From Gemmatimonadaceae bacterium (GTDB lineage Bacteria > Gemmatimonadota > Gemmatimonadetes > Gemmatimonadales > Gemmatimonadaceae): DNA of 64,000 nucleotides. This document shows positions 47,685 through 58,010 of the stretch, piece by piece. The notes below the pieces were generated by a model that ran no database searches, was not told the origin of the DNA, and saw nothing but the letters and a program-made list of their open reading frames with translations. Each line of letters begins with the position of its first letter. Positions within the stretch are counted from its first letter, which is position 1. The stretch is taken from assembly GCA_040901985.1 (NCBI GenBank), contig JBBDYC010000008.1, forward strand, positions 144,490 through 208,489. Reading direction: 5' to 3'. The position numbers were made by a program, and so were the translations under genes.

Positions 47685-48656
47685 GTGAGCCGGCCGGCGA
47701 GCGAGACCCACGGTTTCATCGCCCTCGAGGGGGGCGATTCGCGGATTGAGGTCGTGCCATCGCTCGGCGGGCGCGTGCGGTCACTGCACCTGTTCGGCCG
47801 CGAGTGGCTCCTTGAGGGGGATGCGGCGAGCCATCCGCGCGCCGGCCGCTCGCCGCTCGCCGCCGCCGGCTGGGACGAGTGCGCACCGTCGCTCGGCGGC
47901 GGGGCGATGCCCGACTGGGTGAAGGGCGTTGGTGGGCGCGCACTGACGATCGGCGGCGAGGCGCGGCTCCAGGTGCCGGAGACCCGGCTGCACACCGAGC
48001 CAGACGGCCATCACCTCACCTGCATCTGGCGTGGCGAGCGGATGCCGTGGGTGCTGAGCCGGACGCTGCTCGTGCGGCCGGATGGCGCGGTCGAGGCGCG
48101 TTACGAGGCGCTGACGACGGGCCCCGACCGCCTTCCGTTCCTGTGGAGCGCGCAGTTGCTCTTTGCCCTGACCGCGCGGACGCGCCTACGGTTGCCCGAC
48201 GGCGGCCGCCTCCGAATCGCCTCGCTGGCGGGCGCGACGATGGAGGGCGAGGTGATGGAGGGCGAGGGGACGTGGCCCCGCCTGCGTCTCGACGGGAAGT
48301 CCCGCGACCTCTCGACGCCCTGGGCGGTGCCGCGGCGGACGCAACTGAATGCGTGGCTCGACCTTCCCAGCGCGCGCTCGGTGATCCAGCTCTGGCAGGA
48401 CGACGCGCGGCTCACGTTGAGCACCGACGGCGCCGGCGTTCCCTACTGCGGCGTGATGATTGACCGCAGCGGGGCTCAGCGGACGCGTGAGCGGACGCTG
48501 GCCTTCCGCCGCGCGGCGGTGCCGACGCTCGCGCTCACGCCGTCGCTTGGCGCGCCGGACCGCTACAGCGAGGCGCTGGGCGCCTGGCAGTCAATGACCT
48601 GGCTCGTTCCGGGCGAACCGCGGCGCTGGACGATGGCGATCCGCGCCGGCACGTGA
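47685..48656 (+). CDS. Aldose 1-epimerase/galactose mutarotase-like protein (degenerate)
   Basis: VVPSLGGRVRSL...REWL...GWDEC; LVPGEPRRW C-terminus. Confidence 0.65.
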   Translation: MSRPASETHGFIALEGGDSRIEVVPSLGGRVRSLHLFGREWLLEGDAASHPRAGRSPLAAAGWDECAPSLGGGAMPDWVKGVGGRALTIGGEARLQVPETRLHTEPDGHHLTCIWRGERMPWVLSRTLLVRPDGAVEARYEALTTGPDRLPFLWSAQLLFALTARTRLRLPDGGRLRIASLAGATMEGEVMEGEGTWPRLRLDGKSRDLSTPWAVPRRTQLNAWLDLPSARSVIQLWQDDARLTLSTDGAGVPYCGVMIDRSGAQRTRERTLAFRRAAVPTLALTPSLGAPDRYSEALGAWQSMTWLVPGEPRRWTMAIRAGT

Positions 48657-49552
48657 GCCCCGTGGCGTCAGCGCTCGACCGGCTACTTGAGGGACTCGTG
48701 GACTACGCCGGGCTCTTTCCGCCGGCCGCGCTGGCGATGCCCGACGCGGTGCGCCGCTACGCCGCGTACCGCGCCGCCACACATCGCGCGCTTCTCGCGC
48801 GCTTCGTCGTGCCCGTCGCGCGGCTGGACGAGTTCGTGGCGGCGGCGCGCGGGGCCGGTCAGTCGCCGGCCGCCGGGCCGTGGCCGCTCGCCGTCCTCGC
48901 AGCGGTACCCGATGCGCCCACGCTCGACGCGTTCCGTGCCGCCCACGGCGCGCGATGGCGGATTGACACCGTCGAGGCCAAGGCGTCCGACACGGCGACG
49001 ATTGCCGCGCTGGCCGACGCGATCGGTTCCCGGTACACGACCTACGTCGAGATCCCGGTGCACGACGACCCGTCGGCCCTCGTGGCGGAGCTGGCCGCCC
49101 GTGGACTCCGTGCCAAGCTCCGCACCGGCGGCGTGTCGGCCGACGCCTTTCCGACGCCGACCGAGGTCGCGCGGTTCCTCGACGCGTGCCAGCGGCTCGG
49201 CGTGGCGTTCAAGGCGACGGCGGGACTCCACCACCCGTTGCGCGGCGAGTACGCGCTGACCTACGACGCGGCGAGCGCGCGCGGGACGATGTATGGTTTC
49301 CTCAACGTCTTCCTCGCCGCCGTCCTGCTGTACGCCGGTCACGATGTCGGGGTCGTGGCGCCGCTGCTGGAGGAGCGCGACGCCACCGCCATCGCCATCA
49401 CGCCGGAGGCAATCATTTGGCGCGGACTGCGCGCCGACGCCGCAGTGATCGCGGCGGCGCGCGAGCGGTTCGCCGGTTCGTTCGGCTCCTGTTCGTTCGA
49501 GGAGCCGGTGCAGGACCTCGCTGCCCTGACCCTTCTTCCCCCGCCGCGATGA
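48653..49552 (+). CDS. Conserved hypothetical protein coupled to fahA
   Basis: LVDYAGLFPPA, KLRTGG, FKATAGLHHP, GFLN, SFGSCSFEEP. Confidence 0.8.
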   Translation: MSPVASALDRLLEGLVDYAGLFPPAALAMPDAVRRYAAYRAATHRALLARFVVPVARLDEFVAAARGAGQSPAAGPWPLAVLAAVPDAPTLDAFRAAHGARWRIDTVEAKASDTATIAALADAIGSRYTTYVEIPVHDDPSALVAELAARGLRAKLRTGGVSADAFPTPTEVARFLDACQRLGVAFKATAGLHHPLRGEYALTYDAASARGTMYGFLNVFLAAVLLYAGHDVGVVAPLLEERDATAIAITPEAIIWRGLRADAAVIAAARERFAGSFGSCSFEEPVQDLAALTLLPPPR

Positions 49553-50874
49553 CGACCGACGCGACGCACGATCCCACGCTCCGCTCCTGGGTGACGTCGG
49601 CCCACGAAACGGGATGCGACTTCACGCTCCAGAACCTCCCGCTCGGCGCATTCCGTCCCGCCGGCAGCGCCGCCGCGCCGCGACTCGGCGTCGCGATCGG
49701 CGACCGCGTGCTTGACCTCGCGCACGCGCGCGCCGCCGGGTGGCTCGACGGACTGCACGTCGAGGCGGTAGAGGCGTGCGGCGAGCCGACACTGACGCCG
49801 CTCTTCGCCGTCGGGCGCGCGGCGCTGACGGCGCTCCGCGGGCGGCTGAGCGTCCTGCTGCGCGCCGATACGCCGGAGGGCGCACGCGCGCGCGACGACG
49901 GCGCGCTCACCATCCCGATGGCGGAGGTCGAGATGGCGCTCCCCGCGGCGGTCGGCGACTACACGGACTTCTACGCCTCGATTGACCACGCGATGAACGT
50001 CGGGCGGATGTTCCGGCCGGACAATCCGCTCCTGCCGAACTACCGTCACGTGCCGATTGGCTACCACGGCCGGGCCTCCTCGCTGGTGGTGAGCGGCACA
50101 CCGGTGCGCCGGCCGCGGGGCCAGACGGTTGCGGCGCCCGAGGGTCCGCCGACGTTCGCTCCCAGTGGCCGGATGGACTACGAACTCGAGGTGGGTGCGT
50201 TGATTGCCGGCGGGAACGCGCTCGGCGCGACGATCCCGCTTGCCGAGGCCGAGGCGCATCTCGCGGGGCTCGTGCTGGTGAACGACTGGTCGGCGCGCGA
50301 CATCCAGACGTGGGAGTACCAGCCGCTCGGCCCCTTCCTGTCGAAGAGCTTCGCGACGTCGGTGTCGCCGTGGGTGATGACACTCGACGCGCTGGCACCG
50401 TTCCGCGTGCCGGCGCGCGCGCGCGACGCGGGAGAGCCGCCGCCGCTGGCATACCTGAACGACGCCGCCAACGAGGCGGCGGGCGGGATTGCCCTCACGC
50501 TCGAGGCCTGGTTGCGCACGGCGCGGATGCGCGAGGCCGGCGAGGCGGCGGTGCGGCTCAGCAACGGGAGCTTCACGCGGATGTACTGGACGCTCGGCCA
50601 GCTGCTCACGCATCACGCGAGCAATGGCTGCAACCTGCGGCCGGGCGACCTGCTGGCGAGCGGGACCGTCTCCGGGCCGACGCCGGGGTCGCGCGGCTGC
50701 CTGCTCGAGCTGGCCGAGCGCGGGAGCAAGCCGGTGACACTGCCCAACGGCGAGACGCGGCAGTTCCTCGCCGACGGCGACGAGGTGATCCTCCGGGGCT
50801 GGTGCGAACGGCCGGGGGCGGCGAGAGTTGGACTTGGCGAGTGCCGCGGCGTGTTGCTGCCGTCGGCGGGCTGA
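49549..50874 (+). CDS. fahA: Fumarylacetoacetase
   Basis: FTLQNLP, GDYTDFYAS, YHGRASS, DYELE, NDWSARDIQ, KSFAT, SGT. Confidence 0.94.
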   Translation: MTTDATHDPTLRSWVTSAHETGCDFTLQNLPLGAFRPAGSAAAPRLGVAIGDRVLDLAHARAAGWLDGLHVEAVEACGEPTLTPLFAVGRAALTALRGRLSVLLRADTPEGARARDDGALTIPMAEVEMALPAAVGDYTDFYASIDHAMNVGRMFRPDNPLLPNYRHVPIGYHGRASSLVVSGTPVRRPRGQTVAAPEGPPTFAPSGRMDYELEVGALIAGGNALGATIPLAEAEAHLAGLVLVNDWSARDIQTWEYQPLGPFLSKSFATSVSPWVMTLDALAPFRVPARARDAGEPPPLAYLNDAANEAAGGIALTLEAWLRTARMREAGEAAVRLSNGSFTRMYWTLGQLLTHHASNGCNLRPGDLLASGTVSGPTPGSRGCLLELAERGSKPVTLPNGETRQFLADGDEVILRGWCERPGAARVGLGECRGVLLPSAG

Positions 50875-50904
50875 CGGTCGGCCTCCCCTCATCCGGAGCG
50901 AGCA

Positions 50905-51786
50905 ATGCGGTCCCTGTACCTGGTCGGCGCGTTGGTTCCCGTCCTCTTTCTGCCGCGCTCGCCGGCGCTCGCACAGGGCGGCACCGACGTCTGGGTCGCC
51001 ACGCTCGCCGAACGCGGCTCGGCGCTCACGGTCGGGACGCCGCGCAACCTCACGGCGCGCGCCGGCTACGACAACCAGCCGTCATTCACGCCCGACGGGT
51101 CGGCGGTGCTCTTCACCTCGATCCGCGACGATGGACAGTCGGACATCTGGCGCGTGGCGGTCGCTGGGGGCGCACCGCGGCGCGTGACCGCGACGGCTGA
51201 GAGCGAATACTCGGCGACGGCGACGCCGGACGGGCGCGGCTTCACGGTGATCCGTGTCGAGGCCGACTCGACGCAGCGGCTCTGGCGCTTTCTGTGGGAC
51301 GGGAGCGCGCCGACGCTGATCCTTCCCGGGCTCAAGCCGGTCGGGTATCACGTCTGGGTCAGCGACGGCGCGCTCGGCGCCTTCGTGCTCGGGAGCCCGA
51401 ATGCGCTCGTGCTCGCCGATCCGCGCACCGACCGCGTGGACACGCTCGCGCGCCGGATCGGGCGGGCGTTCGCGCGGGTGCCCGGGCGCGATGCGTTCAC
51501 ATTCGCCCAGCTTGTCGGCGACACCGTCTGGTTCAGCGAAGTGGACGTGCGCACGAGGGGCGTCCGGAGGCTGATGGTGGCGCCGCCCGGGGGCGAGTAC
51601 CACGTGTGGACACCCAACGGACAGCTGATCGCCACGGCGGGGTCGCGGCTGTATCGCTGGACCGACGGCCGGTGGGACGTGCTGGCCGACTTCGCGGTGC
51701 ACGGCATCCGCGGGATCTCGCGGATCGCGCTGAGTCCGCGCGGGGACCAGGTCGCGTTCGTCACCGAGGATCGCCCGACGCCGTGA
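50905..51786 (+). CDS. Secreted TolB-like (PD40) beta-propeller protein
   Basis: Signal peptide; YDNQPSFTPDG, TPDG, SPRG repeats. Confidence 0.78.
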   Translation: MRSLYLVGALVPVLFLPRSPALAQGGTDVWVATLAERGSALTVGTPRNLTARAGYDNQPSFTPDGSAVLFTSIRDDGQSDIWRVAVAGGAPRRVTATAESEYSATATPDGRGFTVIRVEADSTQRLWRFLWDGSAPTLILPGLKPVGYHVWVSDGALGAFVLGSPNALVLADPRTDRVDTLARRIGRAFARVPGRDAFTFAQLVGDTVWFSEVDVRTRGVRRLMVAPPGGEYHVWTPNGQLIATAGSRLYRWTDGRWDVLADFAVHGIRGISRIALSPRGDQVAFVTEDRPTP

Positions 51787-52532
51787 GCGAGCCGACCTTC
51801 GCCGACCATTTCTCGGGACACGCCTCGGCCTACGCGGCCTATCGGCCGCGCTACCCGGCGACACTCTTCGAGTGGTTGACCTCGGTGGTGCCGGGCACCG
51901 AGCAGGCGTGGGATGTCGGGACGGGGAGCGGGCAGGTGGCCCACGGGCTGGTGACCCGCTTCGCCCGCGTGGTGGCGACGGATCCGAGCGCCGCGCAGGT
52001 CGCGCAGGCGGCGCCCCATCCGCGGATTCGCTATGCGGTCTCCGCGTACGAGAGCGGACTCCCCGACGCCAGCGCGCAACTCGTCGCCGTCGGTCAGGCG
52101 CTGCATTGGTTTGACCTTGACGCATTCTTCGCCGAGGCGCGCCGGGTGCTGCAGCCGCGCGGGGTGGTGGCGGCGTTCGCCTATGCGCACAGCCGGGTCA
52201 CGCCCGAGGTGGACCGCTGGGTGCGCGAGTACCACGACGTCACGCTCAGGGACCTCTGGGCGCCGGAGCACCACCTGATCCACCAGGGATACCGGTCGCT
52301 CCAGTTGCCGCTCGACGAGATCGCCGCGCCGGCGTTCGAGCTCTGCGAGCAGTGGACGCTGGCGCAGTATGGCGGCTTCCTCCGCACCTGGTCGTCCGTG
52401 CAGCGCCTCATCGCGCGCGAGGGAGAGGAGCGGGTGGTCGCCTTCGAGACCGGGCTGGCCGAGCGGTGGGGCGAGGCGCGCGTGCGCCCGGTGCTCTGGC
52501 CGCTGGTGCTTCGCGTCGGCACGCTGCGCTGA
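51783..52532 (+). CDS. Class I SAM-dependent methyltransferase
   Basis: FADHFS, YRPRYP, WDVGTGSGQ, QALHWFD. Confidence 0.9.
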   Translation: MSEPTFADHFSGHASAYAAYRPRYPATLFEWLTSVVPGTEQAWDVGTGSGQVAHGLVTRFARVVATDPSAAQVAQAAPHPRIRYAVSAYESGLPDASAQLVAVGQALHWFDLDAFFAEARRVLQPRGVVAAFAYAHSRVTPEVDRWVREYHDVTLRDLWAPEHHLIHQGYRSLQLPLDEIAAPAFELCEQWTLAQYGGFLRTWSSVQRLIAREGEERVVAFETGLAERWGEARVRPVLWPLVLRVGTLR

Positions 52533-52609
52533 GCGCGCCACCGGACAATGCCTTGCGCGGCGGCTGTGACCGCGGCCAGCTTCAACGCTCCCACGCCCCC
52601 ACTGAGCCA

Positions 52610-53077
52610 ATGCCGAGCAAAGCCGTCCCGCGTCCGTCGAAGCCGAGTGCCCATCCGGTCCGTGATGCCGCCGACGCGCTCTTCCGTACGGCGCGCGAGA
52701 GCTGTCATCAGCACGGACGCCTGACGCGGATCCTCTCGCACGGACCGGAGGAGCGGGAGTTCAACGAGGCGTGCGCGGTGGCCGAGCTCTGCGACCGCTT
52801 TCTCGTCGAACAGATGGCGCACTATAAAGAGGTGGCGGCGGCGGGGCGGGGAACCGAGCCGGAGGACTGGTGGCACGCCGCCAACGGGCTCTGGATGGCG
52901 GCCCGCGAGTATGGGAGGCGGCAACTGGGCAGCGACGCGGTGGCCTCGCGCTCGAAGCGCCACGACGCGGCACAGCTCGGCGAAATCACGCTGGAGTACG
53001 AGTTGGAGCTTTCGGCGCGGATGGCGCTGAAGCAGGCGATCACGGCCTACGCCGCGCTCCGCCCCGACGCGGAGTGA
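52610..53077 (+). CDS. Hypothetical helical protein
   Basis: 155-aa ORF with normal codon usage. Confidence 0.65.
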   Translation: MPSKAVPRPSKPSAHPVRDAADALFRTARESCHQHGRLTRILSHGPEEREFNEACAVAELCDRFLVEQMAHYKEVAAAGRGTEPEDWWHAANGLWMAAREYGRRQLGSDAVASRSKRHDAAQLGEITLEYELELSARMALKQAITAYAALRPDAE

Positions 53078-53078
53078 G

Positions 53079-55013
53079 TCAGGGCGTGTCGGCGACCTCG
53101 GCCCACGCGGCGAGGGCCCCGTCGAGTGCGCGCCGGGCTTTCGCGAGGTCCTGATCGAGCGCCGCCGCCCGGCGCGCGCCCTCGGCCGAGCCGTCGTACA
53201 GGTCAGGATTGGCGAGCTGCGTCTCGAGCTCGGCCACCCGCGACTCCCAGCGCGCCGCGGCGCGCTCGGCGTCCTCGGCGGCGCGTTTGCGTTCGCGCGT
53301 GGTGGCGCGCGCGGTTGGCGGCGCGGCCGCCTTGCCGCGTACCTGCGCCTTCTCCTTGGCGCGCTTCGCCCCGGAGGCGTCGGCCCCGGCGCGCGCGGCG
53401 CGCCGCGAGTGCTCCTGCTGCGCCTCCTCCCACTCGACGAACGTCCCGTTGAAGTCGTTGACGTGCGTGCCGTCGAACGCCCAGACGCGAGTGGCGAGCT
53501 CGCGCAGGAAGGCGCGGTCGTGGCTGACGAGGATCACGGTGCCATCGTACTCCTCGAGCGCGTCCTCGATCGCCTCGATGCTCTCGACATCGAGGTGATT
53601 GGTCGGTTCGTCGAGGACGAGGAGGTTGGCGTGGGCAAGGGTGATGATCGCCAGCGCCATCCGGGCGCGCTCGCCGCCGGAGAGCGTGGCGATTCCGCGC
53701 ATCACCTCCTGGCCGGTAAAACCGAACGCACCGAGGTGGTTCTGGATCGCGCCGCGGCCCCAGAGCGGCCGCAGGTCGGCGATCGCGTCGTACATTGTCT
53801 TGGCGAGCGGGAGGTCGGCGAGGTCCTGGCGGAACCAGGCAGGTGAGATTGACCCGCCGACCTTCGCCTCGCCGGCCGCCGGCGCGCGGTGACCGAGCAA
53901 CGTGGCGAGGAGCGTGGACTTGCCGGCGCCGTTGGGTCCCACGAGGGCGATGCAGTCGCCGCGCCGGGCGACGCCGGTGAAGTCCGAGACGAGGACCCGG
54001 TCCGCGACCTGCACCGTGAGCCGGTTGGCGGCGATGACTTGGTCGCCGCCGCGCTCGGCGGCGTCGAGCCGAAGCACCATCGCCCCCTCGGTGCCCGGTG
54101 GCGGCGTCAGGCGCGGCAGGCGCTCGAGCCGCTTGCGGCGCCCCTTCGCCTGAGCGGTGTTCACGCCGGCGATGTTGCGGCGGATGTAGTACTCCTCCTT
54201 GGCGATGAACTTCCGCTGGCGCTCCACCTCGCGGTCGCGCGAGAGGCGCCGTTCGGCGCGCTGGGAGACAAAGCTCGAGTACCCGCCGCGGTAGCTCTCG
54301 CCGGTGCCCCCTTCGAGGTGAAGGATGTGGTCGGCGACGACGTCGAGGAAGGCGCGGTCGTGGCTGATGACGATGATTGACTCGTCGCATTCCCTGAGCC
54401 AGTCCTGGAGCCAGGTCGTGGTGTCGAGGTCGAGGTGATTGGTCGGCTCATCGAGGAGGAGGAGTTCGGCCGGTGCGATGAGCTGCGCGGCGAGGCCGAC
54501 GCGCCCCCGCTCGCCGCCGCTCAGCGTGCCGATCGGTCGCGTCTTCGACTCCTCGGCGTCAAAGCCGAGCCCTTGGAGCACCGCGTCCACGCGCGCGTGG
54601 AAGGTGTAGCCGCCGAGATGGGCAAAGTGCTCTTGGTCGCGGCCGAATCGCTGCAGGACGTCGTCGGGCGTGCGCTCGCCGAGCTCGGCGAGTCGCTCGG
54701 CCTGCTCGGCGAGCGAGTGCTCGAGCGCGACGACCTCGCGCCACGCGGCGGCGGCGGCCTCCCAGACCGTCGTCACGCCTTCAAAGGCGCGATGCTGGTC
54801 CAGCAGCGCGTGGCGCAGCCCCGGCTGCCGCGCGACGCTCCCCGTGGACGGCGACAGCGCGCCGGTCAGGATTCGGAAGAGCGAGGTCTTGCCGGAGCCG
54901 TTGCGCCCGACGATTCCCCAGCGTTCGCCGGCGGCGACGGTGAAGGTGACGTCGGACAGCAGTGTGGTGGCGCCGAACGAGATGCCGACACCGGAACACG
55001 AGATCAGGGTCAC
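53079..55013 (-). CDS. ABC-F family ATPase (Uup/YheS-like)
   Basis: Two NBDs (GRNGSGKT, GPNGAGKS, LSGGE x2, DEPTNHLD x2), no TM domain, C-terminal coiled coil. Confidence 0.93.
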   Translation of the reverse strand: MTLISCSGVGISFGATTLLSDVTFTVAAGERWGIVGRNGSGKTSLFRILTGALSPSTGSVARQPGLRHALLDQHRAFEGVTTVWEAAAAAWREVVALEHSLAEQAERLAELGERTPDDVLQRFGRDQEHFAHLGGYTFHARVDAVLQGLGFDAEESKTRPIGTLSGGERGRVGLAAQLIAPAELLLLDEPTNHLDLDTTTWLQDWLRECDESIIVISHDRAFLDVVADHILHLEGGTGESYRGGYSSFVSQRAERRLSRDREVERQRKFIAKEEYYIRRNIAGVNTAQAKGRRKRLERLPRLTPPPGTEGAMVLRLDAAERGGDQVIAANRLTVQVADRVLVSDFTGVARRGDCIALVGPNGAGKSTLLATLLGHRAPAAGEAKVGGSISPAWFRQDLADLPLAKTMYDAIADLRPLWGRGAIQNHLGAFGFTGQEVMRGIATLSGGERARMALAIITLAHANLLVLDEPTNHLDVESIEAIEDALEEYDGTVILVSHDRAFLRELATRVWAFDGTHVNDFNGTFVEWEEAQQEHSRRAARAGADASGAKRAKEKAQVRGKAAAPPTARATTRERKRAAEDAERAAARWESRVAELETQLANPDLYDGSAEGARRAAALDQDLAKARRALDGALAAWAEVADTP

Positions 55014-56782
55014 ACGTCGGTCGGCGTGGGTACCGTCAGGTCGCCGGTGTCGAGCGCGCGCCTGGCCAGGCCGAGGAGGCGCTCGTCCTGGTGGTGGTCG
55101 AGCGCACGGATGGCCCGCCGGGCGCGCCGCATCGCCATCGGGACGAAGATGCGGGCCGCGTCGAGGTCGGCCGCGGCGCCCTCCTCGCCCCGCTCCACAA
55201 TTGCCCGGGAGGCGCGGGAGAGCACTGCCGTGGCGAGGTAGATGTCCATCGCCGCATTGGCCATCCGCTCCTGGAGCATCTGGCGCTCGATGATCCCCTT
55301 GCCGTGCTCGATCAGCGCCTTCTCCACCGCCTTGCCGAGGGCGTGGATGTTGGTCGCCACGAGGTCGGCCTCGTCCTCGAGCGCCTGGTGGACCTGGGTG
55401 AACCGCTCCTTCGTCACCGTGCGCTTCACGCGGCCGGTGAGGTAGCTCGAGATCGCGCCGATGGAGTGGAGCGGGTCCTTGAACGCCTTGCCGACCTTCT
55501 TCAGCTCCTCGCCTGGCTGCTGGAGCCCCATCAGCGCGATGAGCGCACGGAGGATCTCGTTGGTGCCCTCGAAGATCAGGTTGATGCGCGCGTCGCGCAC
55601 CGCGCGCTCATAAGGGAACTCCTTGGAGTAGCCGATCCCGCCGGCGATCTGGAGGGCCTCGTTGGCGGTGCGGAAGGCGAGCTCCGACGCGAAGATCTTG
55701 CAGGAGGCGGTCTCGAGCGAGAAGTCCACGCCGCCGCGGTCCATCATCGCCGCGCAGAGCATCCAGCCGGCGTCGGCGGCGTAGCAGTCGGCGGCCGCCG
55801 CCGCGATCTTGCGCTGGATCATCTCGAACGACGCAATCGGCCGCCCGAACTGCTCGCGCTCCTTGGCGTAGGCGATCGCCAGCGCCATCATCCGCCGCGT
55901 GCCGCGCGACGAGGCGGCGGCGAGGCCAAGCCGCCCGGAGTTGAGGATCTCGAGCGCGATCTTGAAGCCGTGGCCGACCTCGCCGAGCAGGTCGTTCGCC
56001 GGGACCTTGACGTTCTCGAACGTGATCGCGCGCGTATCGCTCGCCTTGATCCCCATCTTCTCCTCGATCTTGCCGAGCGAGACGCCGCTCGCGTGCGCAT
56101 CCACGATGAACGCCGTCACGCGCTGCTTGGTCTTCCCGCCCTCGGTGACCGGGACCTTGGCGAAGACCGTGAAGACGCCCGCGTAGCCGGCGTTGGAGAT
56201 CCAGATCTTCGTGCCGTTCAGCACGTAGTGCGACCCGTCGGCGGCGGGGACGGCGGTGGTGAGCATCGCCTGCGCGTCGGATCCGGATCCGGGTTCGGTC
56301 AGGCAAAAGGCGCCGATCAGGTCGCCGCTCGCGCAGCGCGGTAGCCAGCGCTGCTTCTGGTCCTCGGTGCCGAAGAGGATGATCCCCTTGATGCCGATGC
56401 TCTGGTGCGCGCCGAAGTAGACGGCGAGCGAGGCGTCGTGCGCGCCGATTTCGCCGAAAACGCGGTTGAAGGTCATCGCCGAGGCGCCGAATCCGCCGTA
56501 GGCCTCGGGGATGTTGAGCCCCATCAGGCCGAGTTCGGCCATCCCCTGGCGGACCGCGTCGGGGAACTTGCCGTCGTGGTCGAGCTTTGCCGGGTCAACG
56601 TTGTCGTTGGCCCAGCTGCGGAACGCGTCGAGGATCGCGGCGAGGGACTCCCTCTCCTCGACGCTCGGGAGCGGGAACGGAAAAACCAGTTCCTCGAGGA
56701 TCTCCCCCTGAAAGACGCCGCGGGTGAAGGACGGGTTCCGGTCGGGGTCGGCGAGGTGGGGGGCGTTGGCAGCGGCGGTCAT
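55010..56782 (-). CDS. Acyl-CoA dehydrogenase (VLCAD/ACAD9-like)
   Basis: AHQSIG, FCLTEPGSGSDA, NGTKIWISN, REQFG, IFEGTNEI. Confidence 0.92.
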   Translation of the reverse strand: MTAAANAPHLADPDRNPSFTRGVFQGEILEELVFPFPLPSVEERESLAAILDAFRSWANDNVDPAKLDHDGKFPDAVRQGMAELGLMGLNIPEAYGGFGASAMTFNRVFGEIGAHDASLAVYFGAHQSIGIKGIILFGTEDQKQRWLPRCASGDLIGAFCLTEPGSGSDAQAMLTTAVPAADGSHYVLNGTKIWISNAGYAGVFTVFAKVPVTEGGKTKQRVTAFIVDAHASGVSLGKIEEKMGIKASDTRAITFENVKVPANDLLGEVGHGFKIALEILNSGRLGLAAASSRGTRRMMALAIAYAKEREQFGRPIASFEMIQRKIAAAAADCYAADAGWMLCAAMMDRGGVDFSLETASCKIFASELAFRTANEALQIAGGIGYSKEFPYERAVRDARINLIFEGTNEILRALIALMGLQQPGEELKKVGKAFKDPLHSIGAISSYLTGRVKRTVTKERFTQVHQALEDEADLVATNIHALGKAVEKALIEHGKGIIERQMLQERMANAAMDIYLATAVLSRASRAIVERGEEGAAADLDAARIFVPMAMRRARRAIRALDHHQDERLLGLARRALDTGDLTVPTPTDV

Positions 56783-56891
56783 CGGTCCGTCACGGGTCGG
56801 GGGATGCAGGGAAGATACTCGGCCGGAGGGCGAATCGGCGCGCGCGGCCCGGTCGCCTTGCCTCGCGCGCGCCCGCTGTCGAGAATGAAGG

Positions 56892-58010
56892 ATGCAACTC
56901 GCGCAATTTTCCGAGCACCTCCCGGCGCCGCTGCTCCGCAGCGGCCCCTTCGACGTCCTGGTCTGGCAGTGGCTGGCGCTGCTGGCGTTGATCCCGCTCT
57001 CGGTGACGGTCGGCCGGCTGCTGAGCCGCCCGACGCGCGCGGTGCTGAAGCGCCTGGTCCTGCGGACGGAGAACAATTACGACGACGCGCTGCTCTCGGG
57101 GTCGCGCGAACCGATCATCCTGCTCTGGTCGGTGGCGGCGTCGCTCGTGCTGTTGCCATTGGTGGACCTTGCCGGGCCGGCCCGTGCCGGAGTCCTTGAG
57201 GTCCAGAAGTCGCTGGCGATCATCGCCGTGTTCTGGATGGTGCTGCGGGCGATTGGGGTGCTGCAGGACGCGCTGCCGAAGGCACCCTGGGCGGAGACCC
57301 GACCGGCCGCTCGCTCCCTGATCCCGCTCGGCGGGCGGATTGCCGGCGTGATGGTCTTTGCGCTGGCGGTACTCACCGTCCTCTCCCAGTTCGGGTTCCG
57401 GGTCGGAACGATCCTCGCCGGGCTCGGCATCGGCGGCATCGCAGTGGCGCTCGGCGCCCAGAAGTCCCTCGAGCATTTCTTCGGCTCCGTCTCGATCGGG
57501 ATTGACCAGCCCTTCCGCGTCGGCGACTGGGTCTCAGTCGGCGGGGTCGAGGGTACGGTTGAGGCGATCGGCTTGCGGTCGTCGCGGCTCCGGACGATGG
57601 ACCGGACGGTCGTCACGATCCCCAACGGCCAGCTGGCCGAGGCGCAGTCGGAGAACTTCGGCGAACGCGAGCGGATTCGGCTGCGGGCGGTGGTCGGTCT
57701 CGAGTACGGGACGAGCGCGGCGACCATCCGGAAGGTCCGCGACGAGATCGAGGCAGCGCTGCGCGCGCATCCGCGCACCTGGCCCGACCGGGTGGTGGTG
57801 CGATTCCAGCAGTTCGGCGCGTCGTCGCTCGACCTCGAGGTGTTCTGCTGGATCCAGACGACGGTGATTGACGAGTTCCGGGCGATCCGCGAGGAGCTCC
57901 TGCTCGCGATCATGGACGTGGTGGAGCGGAACGGGGCGAGCTTCGCGTTCCCGACGCAGACGGTCCACGTCCGGCAGGGTGGTGGCACGCCGCCGGGTCA
58001 GCCGTTGTAG
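56892..58010 (+). CDS. Small-conductance mechanosensitive channel (MscS family)
   Basis: GLGIGGIAVALGAQ, PFRVGDW, GTVEAIGLRS, IPN, FAFPTQ. Confidence 0.92.
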   Translation: MQLAQFSEHLPAPLLRSGPFDVLVWQWLALLALIPLSVTVGRLLSRPTRAVLKRLVLRTENNYDDALLSGSREPIILLWSVAASLVLLPLVDLAGPARAGVLEVQKSLAIIAVFWMVLRAIGVLQDALPKAPWAETRPAARSLIPLGGRIAGVMVFALAVLTVLSQFGFRVGTILAGLGIGGIAVALGAQKSLEHFFGSVSIGIDQPFRVGDWVSVGGVEGTVEAIGLRSSRLRTMDRTVVTIPNGQLAEAQSENFGERERIRLRAVVGLEYGTSAATIRKVRDEIEAALRAHPRTWPDRVVVRFQQFGASSLDLEVFCWIQTTVIDEFRAIREELLLAIMDVVERNGASFAFPTQTVHVRQGGGTPPGQPL

